Of a stretch of 64,000 bases of DNA, positions 51,954 to 64,000 are shown piece after piece. The stretch is from Saccostrea cucullata. Its lineage: Eukaryota. How positions within the stretch are numbered: the stretch's first letter is position 1; every line of letters starts with the position of its first letter. Made by a program: the position numbers and the translations under genes. The notes under the pieces were generated by a model. It was not told the DNA's origin. It saw nothing but the letters and a program-made list of their open reading frames with translations, and did not search any database. The DNA lies in contig NW_026933830.1 of assembly GCF_032062105.1 (NCBI RefSeq), positions 186,001-250,000 on the forward strand, given 5' to 3'.

Positions 51954-52529
51954 GTGATTCGTTAGACTGGGACTGAGTGATCTCCCCTTAGACTGGGATT
52001 GTAACCATAACAATACTGTGATCTTAACTTTCTAACTACTGTATGAAGACAGTGTGGAGTGAGTCAGTAGGGGAAAATTACTGTCAGGTTATTACTGGAG
52101 AAGACACAGGACAATTAGCTTGTTTGCAGTCCAGGTTCTTTATTGTACAATTATGTTAATCAAAGTGATTAAACATTTGTTCCATTCCAATTTAGCTTAC
52201 ATTATCAGGGTCTTGTTTAGCAAGTGCTTTTTCAAATTCATCATTTCATCAACATTTGTGAGGTTTTTTTTGGTAGAGACTAAGCACAGTTTTATATTTA
52301 AGAAGTTTGATACAGTAGAATTAATAAATGTCATAGCAACACAGTGTTTTTTTCAACTGATTTTTACAGTACCTTAAGAGAAAATGTTGAAATACCTAAG
52401 CATCCATTTTGAGGTAGCCACATTCCAAATTTTATCATGTTTTTGATAAAATAAAAAGTTGGTAATGCAGAGATCAATTCAGAATAAAGTTCTATCCTCA
52501 TTCTCTCATAGTTAAGTACTCAGATATCA

Positions 52530-54020
52530 CTGTACTGTTTTCCCCTCCTCTTCTATTTAGTCACGTTGTACCATTTTCCCCCTCCTCTATTTAGTCATGT
52601 TGTACTGTTTTCCCCTTTCCTCTTCTGTTTAGCCATGTTATACTGTTTTCCCCTCCTCTATTTAGCCTTGTACTGTTTTCCCTTTTCCTTTTCTGTTTAG
52701 TCATATACTGTTTTCCCCATCCTCCTCTGTTTAGCCGTGTTGTACTATTTTCCCCTCCTCTTCTGTTTTACATTGTTTAGCCAAGTTGTTTTTCCTTCCT
52801 CTTCTGTTGTACTGTTTCCCTTCCTCTTCTGTTGTACTGTTTTCCCCTCCTCCTCTGTTTAGCCTTGTACTGTTTTCCCCTTTCCTCTTCTGTTTAGCCA
52901 TGTTGTACTGTTTTCCCCTCCTGTTCTGTTTAGCCATGTTGTACTGTTTTCCCCTCCTGTTCTGTTTAGCCATGTTGTACTGTTTTCCCCTCCTCTTCTG
53001 TTGTACTTTTTTCCCCTCCTCTTCTGTTTAGCCAATTTACTGTTTTCTCCTTTCCTCTTCTGTTTAGCCATGTTTTACTGTTTTCCCGTTTCCTCTTCTG
53101 TTTAGTCATGTACTGTTTTCCCCTCCTCCTCTGTTTAGCTGTGTACTGTTTCCCCCTCCTCTTCTGTTTAGCCAATTTACTGTTTTCTCCTTTCCTCTCC
53201 TGTTTAGCCATGTTTTATGTTTTCCCCTTTTCTTCTGTTTAGCTGTGTTGTACTGTTTTCCCTTCGTCTTCTGTTGTACTGTTTTCCCTCCTCTTCTGTG
53301 TAGTCACATTGTACTGTTTTCCCCTCCTCTTCTCTTGTACTGTTTCCCCCTCGTCTTCTGTTTAGCCATGTTGTACTGTTTCCCCCTCCTCTTCTGTTTA
53401 GTCACATTGTACTGTTTCTCTTCCTCTTCTGTTGTACTGTTTTCCCCTCCTCTTCTGTTGTACTGTTTTCCCCTTTCCTCTTCTGTTTAGGCATGTACTG
53501 TTTTCCCTTATTCTTCTGTTGTACTGTTTCCCTTCCTCTTCTGTTGTACTGTTTCCCTTCCTTTTCTGTTGTACTGTTTCCCTTCCTCTTCTGTTTAGCC
53601 TTGTTGTACTGTTTCCCTTCCTCTTCTGTTTAGCCTTGTACTGTTTTCCCATTTCCTCTTCTGTTTAGCCATGTTGTACTGTTTCCCCTCTTCTTCTGTT
53701 TAGCCATGTTGTACTGTTTCCCCTCCTCTTCTGTTTAGCCATGTTGTACCGTTTCCCCTCCTCTTTTCTTTAGCCATTTTGTACCGTTTCCCCTCCTCTT
53801 CTGTTTAGCCATGTTGTACTGTTCCCCCTCCTCTTCTCTTAGCCATTTTGTACTGTTCCCCTTCCTCTTCTCTTAGCCATTTTGTACTGTTTCCCCTCTT
53901 CCTCTGTTTGGCCATGTTGTACTGTTTTCCCCTTTCCTCTTCTGTTTAGCAATGTGTGCTGTTTCCCCTCCTCTTCAATTTAGCCATATACTATTTTTCC
54001 TCCTCTTGTTTTTAGCCATG
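52530..54020 (+). repeat. Pyrimidine-rich minisatellite (about 36 bp, with shorter variants), 1.5 kb
   Basis: Unit gtactgttttcccctcctcttctgtttagccatgtt between TOMM70 and the MFS gene. Confidence 0.95.
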
Positions 54021-54696
54021 AAAATTCCGAGTGTGCATTTGTGAAATCCAGAATCTGTGCACGAAAGGGACACAAATTAAATTTTTCAAAAAAGTCTTAT
54101 TATCGCAAACGATAAAAACATTGCTAAATCAAGTAGAAGATCAAAATCCTTAGAACCCATTCTGATCATGAACAGCTTTTTGGATCGCTTTTCAAATGTA
54201 TAGACTACAAAAAACATCAAATTATATGATTTTTAATCAACATTTTCTTCAAACCAATAAATTTTTCCTTCAATCACTTATCGAAAATGTTTGGTTGTAC
54301 AGTATACTGTAGTCAGTAACTGAAAAGCAAGGCTTCAAAATTATTTAAAATTTATTAAGGCGATGTTCTGTCTGTGTGCACGAAAGATAATGCTTGGAAA
54401 TTAAAGATGCAGATCATTACCGTATACTTGGCGATACATGTGTTAAGTTAAGAAGTCATTATAGGGGAGGTTCAGTAAGGTCCAGCAGATTTGACAGTAC
54501 ATACTGAAGGTTAACTAGGTCACATTGTGAAAAGGTCGTGTGTACCCTGTTGTTATCGCGGGAGATAATCATTGGTGCATACTAGTGTGATAAATCTAAC
54601 ACAATTTACTTCATTATCATGCTTCTACACATATACATGTAACATGCTGCTGGATAAACGTTTTGCTGTCGGACGGTAGCGGATATAAGCTAGTCG

Positions 54697-57600
54697 ATGT
54701 CGACCGGTAGCCCAGCCGAGGTGGTGGTGCGGACGTACGGTGTCCGGTGGTATCTACTGACCATCGTCTCCCTCCACTGCTGGCTGTATAACGCCGCGTG
54801 GGCGGAGTTTCCACCCATCGCTCAGTCCGTAAAGCTGGTCTACGATTGGTCGGATTCCAACATAAACATGTCGTTGAATTATGGGAATATTGGTACAATT
54901 CTGATGATTTTACCTGTTACTTGGATCGTGTTTGCAAAAGGTATCATAAATGATCATATTACTGAGATATAACGCGTAATGGTATTTTTCTAGATTTTAA
55001 AATATTTTTTAAATAAAAATATAACAATATATATTTTTAGGAATGAGGTATGGGATGATTTTCTGTACCATGCTGACGGCTGTCGGAATCACGCTGAAAA
55101 GTCTTCCGCTCAACAACAGCCTCAGTTCATGGTAACTACATTTTTTTTAAATAAGTTTTTGCAGAACATTTTAAAAAATATTTTTAAAATCAAACTTGAT
55201 CAGCTTTTTTATTTTTTGTTAAATTTCTGATGGTCTTTAAAAGGCTGATCCCTGTTGGGTTGTTTTTAAACGGATGTGGTGGAGCCGTGACGTCATGTGG
55301 ACCGACTGTCCTATCAGAGACTTGGTTCCCGCCCACTCAAAGAGCAACTGCTACGGTGTTTTACATCGTCAGCGCCGGAATGGGCGGGGCATTCGTTTTT
55401 GTCGTAGGTAAATAAAACATTTTGAACCAACGAGCAAAACTAATGGTCATTAACTGTTGTTAAAAAAGGAATGTAACAGGCCTTATGTTAAAAGAAGGTT
55501 TCATTTTCCCCTATGGTTTAAAGGGTATTTCATAATTATTTTCTTTATTAATATTCAGTTAAATATGGCTGAAGATACATTCAAATTGAAATGCCATTTT
55601 AAAGGGCCCGCTGTTGTACCAGAGCCAATCGTTATATGTGATAATGTCACGTGGTCAAAAAATTCAAACTGCAGTGAGCAAAATAAAACTTATCCAAGTA
55701 AGTGAAATTATAATGAGAAAGACCAATCTTATTATGTATATATTATTTAAGTCTTCCGAATAATAATTTAATATTAAAGAAGAGATTTACATTAAAAATC
55801 ATGGGAGAAATGTTATCTAAATTTAAGAAGTTACATTTTTACAGATTTTCAAGAAGTGAAAGACAGGCTGTATACATTAAATTATGCAGGTGGTTATATA
55901 TAACTTTTCGTTTTTATGTAAAGGCCTCATACTGGTAGTTATTAACATGTATTTTGTACAGACCATTTGTTTCAATTCCCAGAATCAAAATATTTTAAGA
56001 AATCAAAGAAAGTAAAGTGTCATGCTGCTTCCGTCAAGTAAAAGTTACTGTTAAACTCTCTCGCCGTGGACTGATTCTAGTATGTTCACTCTCTGCTAGT
56101 CTCATCGTATTCCTTTCTCAGAGTGTGGTGTCGCCGTGCTGCTATTTGTTTCCGTTCTGATATATTTCCCCAACAAACCGGAACACCCGCCCAGTATCAC
56201 CGCCACCAAAGAGAGGCTCGGGATGTGGGAGGGGATTAAAACAGCGGTCACGTGAGTAAATGTGTTGATCAATCAATGAGAACTAAAAATATTTGATGCC
56301 CACTTTCTAAAGTGACTGATTAGACCAATGGACAATACTTCAGATAACTGAATTCGCAAGCCAAGGGTTTCGCTAGGTATTCTCCCCCTTGCTTGCACAC
56401 ACTAAAATTAAATTTCGTATACAGATTTATCATAAGAATATCTAGGTCAAATCTTGTTTTGGGTATGATCGAGACATTTTTAACAGAGTTATGCCCCTTG
56501 AATCTAGAAGGAAAATTTCCAATTATTTGGAAGGGGGGCACAAGTGTTTCAGAAACATCTCTTATTATGAATACTTTATAGACAGTTGAGGTTTTGGCAC
56601 CTGGCGTTATGTTATGCTGTCCCCACGGCGGTATACGGGGCCTGGATCACCACGTCAGATGTTGTCCTGCACCCTTTTGGAATCTCTCAGGTTAAGATAT
56701 TGACCTACATTAGTTTTTTCTTATATTTCATATTTGGATCCCCATAAATGTGCTGATCTCGATTCTTAAAGCAAAATATAAGTTAAAAGCACAATGTATA
56801 AACTATCACCATTTTTTCTTGCAGTATTGTTATTTATTACATGTATTTCAGTGACAGGAAAAATATTATTGGTGTATTTCTTCCTTTATAAATGTGCTGA
56901 TCCCGATTCTTTAAACAAAGTATTAAGTTTAAAACAAAATATTTAAGCCACCGATGACCACTATTTTTTCCTGCAGCATTGTTTATGTATTATTTCAGTG
57001 ACTGGAAAAATATTATTGGTTTTTTTTAAATTTCTTAATCAGATATCTCAGGTATACATTCTGACGTTAGAGATCTTTTTTTATACTCAGTAATTTAAAG
57101 CTTAATTTTTGCGCCTTACTGATTTTAATGGATTAATTAAGAATCAGAGTTACACATTTTTACATCAAAATAAAATTCTCAGAAACAGCTTACATTTATG
57201 GAATAAGTGTTTTATTTAGAAAGAGGCAGGCAGAATTAAAAATAAAATTTTACAACATAAGGGAATTATTGGTGGAATCAAAAATTTTAGAAAGGTACAC
57301 GGCGATGGCCGATATCAGCCTGTCTAAAATAAAATTACACGACCTATAATTTTGTCCCGGAAAATGTACATTTCTTGGGGGGGGTACATGTACAAAATAA
57401 AAAAAGTTAATGTGGTCTATAATTTTACTTGTTGTACATGTACATTTCTTGAAAAACCGTATGTAAAAAAGTTCTTTCGAAAAAAAAAAAATGTACATGT
57501 ACAATTCATAAAAGTTGACAAAAAAATCTATAGGGTATATATAAAAGATTTTGTCACCATAATTACAATTACAAGTACAATTCTTTTATTTAAAATTACA

Positions 57601-60600
57601 ATTAGAAATACCCCCCCCCCGATTCTTACACTTTCATCTGCTTATTTCAACAATAAATCACGTAATACCTGGTATAGGACATTGCGGACATTTAAACAGA
57701 ATCTAAGAGATGAAGCAAATTTGTGTTTACAAAAAAGATGGACCATACGCACTTATATATCAAAATGTTATATTAATTCCATGCAAATATTACAAAAAAA
57801 ATTGATTATGCGATGAGTTCTTAGAGAAAAAAAAACCTGCGCAATATATTCTAAATAAAATTTTTGTAAATGAAATTAATATAAGAATTAATAAAATAAT
57901 TTTATATTGATAGAATTGCACATACATCTCACTCGGAATAAACTATTGTGTTATTCAAAATATAAACCTGAGTGATATGCTTTTCTCCTTGCTAATTTCG
58001 TAACCTGTATAACAAATGTGAAAATAGGCTCTTGATGATGGCGGATTTGCAGCTAATCAATATACTATAAAAATCATGAATCTCGTATATATCAAACCGC
58101 CGAAACACTAGATTAGTGTCGAGTCAAGTGATTTGAGGTACAACATGTACGTGCGCTGACGGAAGCCACTTTCTTTGAAAATGTAACAGATAAAAGTTCA
58201 GTGACTGGAAAAATACTTTAATTGATTTTTTTAAATTTCTTAATCAGAACCATTATCTTTTATTTATTGCGTTCAGGTTATCAAACGTCAAGTAGAAGTA
58301 TGCTAATTATACCGCTATAGATTTTTTTGTCACCTTTTAAGAATTGTACATGTACATTTTTACATCAAAATAACTTTTTTTTAGAAACAGCTTACATTTA
58401 TGGAATAATGTTTTATGTACAAAAGACAAAATTATAGGTCGTGTAATTTTATTTTAGACAGGCTGATATCGGCCATCGTGTCTTGTGATTGGTCTGCTTT
58501 CCGAAAGAAATCCATTTGTATAATGAGTTTTCTGAAAGTTGAAAACTAGAGAAGAATGAACCTTGTTTGAACTTGTATATAATAATAAACTCTTCACAAA
58601 AAAATACAAGCTTCAATATTTATTTGACATTTATATAATTAATCAGATTGATTTATGTTTAGAGTATCGGACCTACTACAGAGGAAGACGAAGTCTATAA
58701 TGGTGGCCATTTTCAGTATCGCTACCTTGTTTTTCCTTCTCTTCGTACTGTTACTGAAGAAAGTCATACCTACTGAATCGTGTACGTATAAAAACTCATA
58801 CCCAGTGAAAGTGCAGTTTCATTTTTGTATCTCTAGTAATTTCGATTAACTTTTATTTTCAATACAATTTTATTTTAGGCTCATTCAAAAGGTGGAAAAA
58901 GAAAATTCTACAACAAAAATCTCTTTACTCTTATCGATGTGTATTTTACTGACGATGGTCGATAATGGCCAAAGGAAATGACTTCAGCTTTTCCATTGTC
59001 GAATTCCTTAATCATGTACTAACCCTTTTAGAGGTTTTACGATCCCTAACTGCATGATTCACCATTACCGGTAATTAGAGGACATCTCCTGAGAACGATT
59101 TTTATTACACAGAGAGAGATTACTGACATATAAGTTGAAATTACAAGGTTTTTTAACTTTCCATATACTAGTATCTTATTTCGACTGACTTGCTTTACCA
59201 TTTTGACCAAGGATAACTCTTACGTACACTGTACCTGATTCTAATTTTTTGTTTCCAGAGATCCGTAATTTTGTCCTGTAAACAATTCCTATTCTTTGAT
59301 AATTCACTGTTGTCTGTCTTACTCTTTTATATATCATGGATATTTTGAGCTTTGATTAGCGTTTTCCTTTATGATTTGTCTAGTGTTCATGGTGTTTTGT
59401 TGTTGTTTTTTCCGGGTGTTTATCATGTGTTTATGCTAATGGTTGGGTTTTTTTTTTTTGGATGTTTATGGTAGTAGGTCTTATATGGTTTATTGTCGGG
59501 AGCACTTCCCCAACAGAATGTGACGCATATAGAACCTAATGAATCAATATGACATGGTAGTTACGTTAAATATTTGGTAAAACTTATTTTGCTGAATCAG
59601 TTTACGAAAGTGTTATGCCTTTTATTCATAGTATGTTTCCTGAATCATACTCACTTTTTATCACTACATCTGCAATCTTTTCACTGTCGTTTTATTTGAC
59701 CTTTATTGCGGCTTTACTTCTTTTCAGGGTTGTTTTATTTGACCTTTATTGCGGCCTGTGTCCTGACCAGTGGCGCCCAGTCTAATTATAGTAACTACTT
59801 TTTTTCAGGGTTGTTTTATTTGACCTTTATTGCGGCCTGTGTCCTGACCAGTGGCGCCTAGTCTAATTATAGTAACTACTTTTTTCAGGGTTGTTTTATT
59901 TGACCTTTATTGCGGCCTGTGTCCTGACCAGTGGCGCCCAGCCCCTCTACTACGAGATGACGTGTGAGAACCTCTTCCCCGTGTCAGAGGCCACTATTTC
60001 CGCCTTCCTATCTTTTTTGCTCAACATCGGCAGCACTGTCTTCCTCTTAATCTCACTTATACCAAACATAGGTAAGAAATACACGTGTTCATAAAGATTG
60101 TAAATTTTTTTTCTCATAAATAAAATTGTTTTCATAGGTGTTAATGAATCCCCCCTCCCCTCTTTTTCTCCTGGATGTTTGAGATAGAAGATAAATTGTG
60201 TAAATTTACCTTTTACTTGTGATATAATTCTACAATCTTTATATGCATGTTTGGATCATTAGTATTAACAAAAGAAAATATTTTATCTAACGTAAAATTT
60301 CTCCCTAGGGAAAATGTGGCCGAATTGGGCGATATTTGTGACGTCATTCTTATCTGTGTTGGTATTAGCAATGTTCAAGGAGGAATACAGAAGACTAGAT
60401 ATAGACATACCAATCAACCAATCACATGACTCTGAGTCAAGGATCAACCAATCAAATTCCCCGAAACCAGAGTATCCAATCAATCAATCAGATACTTCCC
60501 AGTCAGAATATTCAATCAACCAATCAGATAATTCCCAATCAGAATATTCAATCGACCAGTCAGACATTTCCCAGGCTGAATATTCAATTTACCCATCAGA

Positions 60601-60769
60601 TACTTCACAATCAGAGTATTCAATTGACGAATCAGATATTTCCCAGTCAGAATATTCAATCAACCAATCAGATGCCTTTCAGACAGAGTTTCCTATCAAC
60701 CAATCAGATGCCTCACAGTCAGAGTATCCGATTAACCAATCAGATGACTCTCGGTATCGCAGGTTTTAG
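54697..60769 (+). CDS. MFS transporter of the SLC49 family (SLC49A4/DIRC2-like), with one internal exon not intact
   Basis: Motifs RTYGVRWYLL, LSETWFPPTQRATAT, YFPNKPEHPPSITA, PLYYEMTCENLFPVSE, FKEEYRRLDID. Exons 54697-54940, 55041-55131, 55244-55407, 55605-55697, 55845-55889, 56122-56251, 56582-56690, [exon 8 missing, possible remnant about 58478-58506], 58663-58781, 59889-60071, 60309-60769. Confidence 0.85.
56345..56567 (+). mobile_element. 3' part of a HINE-like element, same family as 27950-28272
   Basis: Shares agatttatcataagaatatctag..., ttttgacagagttatgc and the terminal aaacatctctt. Confidence 0.6.
59688..59940 (+). repeat. Triplicated splice acceptor plus exon start (80-81 bp unit)
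   Basis: ttttcag|ggttgttttatttgacctttattgcggcctgtgtcctgaccagtggcgcc with AG ending at 59727, 59808 and 59888. Confidence 0.9.
60408..60750 (+). repeat. Coding 36-bp (12-aa) tandem repeat in the MFS C-terminal tail
   Basis: SEYSINQSDxSQ, about 9-10 copies. Confidence 0.9.
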
Positions 60770-61461
60770 AACTAACGCACAACAAAACGTCGATTATCCC
60801 GAACCGGAGCGGGACACTTCAATTTCATTGAAATCCACCAGATTTGATTATTAATCAAAATGAGCGGTCGGTTACAATCATGAGTGTTTCAGTCAGAGAT
60901 TGGTAACTGACAAGAATACACTAATCAGGGTTTATACAAGACCCCGACTTATGGCTGGATCGAATTCTAAAGAGAGTTTTTCCCATTGTTTCTGTTGTTT
61001 TCTTGAGATGAGATTCTAGACTTTAAAGATAATTATATCTTTTCAAAAGATTATAAGAAATATTTTCTCAGGGAAACTAAAATTTATCAAAATTATGAAA
61101 CCAGAAACCTTGATGAATTTGAAACGTAATTTTTTTTTCCAGATGCGAGAGGTGTGATATTACTATTTCCTTTTTTGTACAAACTTTTTAAATGTTGTAA
61201 TAATAGAAATAAAACACTGGAGTTTTTCAACCATTTATTTTTTTTACATTAATATGAAATACTGTTCATCTAAGCAGGTAGCATGACCTCCACTCAAAGC
61301 ACCATCAAGTAAATTAATTCACGTGACATCAACTCATCAAAGCGAGGCAAACTCAATAAATAACATGTCTATGATAACTCTTACATTCATGTTGATCATG
61401 TTATAAATGCAAATTAGGAAATAGCCACTTATGAATGCGTCTTGCGGTAGTATTGGTTATG

Positions 61462-64000
<2,539 letters not shown>

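Noticed and set aside
52731-53668. Multiple ORFs on both strands
   Set aside because: Translations of a low-complexity minisatellite.
57352-57816. 154-aa ORF in the MFS intron
   Set aside because: AT-rich low-complexity sequence inside a repeat, non-ATG start, no recognisable domain.
60426-60854. Overlapping 142-aa ORF, and putative YxxPhi sorting motifs in the MFS tail
   Set aside because: Alternative frame of the 36-bp repeat; YSIN/YPIN lack a hydrophobic residue at the +3 position.

Overview
AT-rich, intron-rich animal genomic DNA. The gene set and repeat families suggest a bivalve mollusc, probably an oyster (inference). Seven spliced genes were reconstructed by reading splice sites: (1) the 3' part of a multi-HMG-box, UBF-like gene (+, <527-13349); (2) a chimeric neighbour (+, 20521-30005) that joins a 14-aa-repeat exon to diverged copies of gene 1's last exons and 3' UTR; (3) a chitin-deacetylase-like (CE4) gene lacking catalytic residues and frameshifted in this sequence (-, 32700-36091); (4) a secreted PAN/apple-like plus C-type lectin (+, 41588-43200); (5) TOMM70 (+, 45269-51953) with a scrambled middle; (6) an SLC49A4/DIRC2-like MFS transporter (+, 54697-60769) with one exon missing or broken; (7) the kinase half of a doublecortin-like kinase (-, 61462->64000). 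Introns hold Helentron-type (HINE) elements with internal satellites, MITEs, SINEs and nested insertions. The strongest recurring signal is that about nine intronic tandem repeats are amplified copies of the adjacent exon-intron junction, forming arrays of decoy splice donors or acceptors that decay away from the true site.
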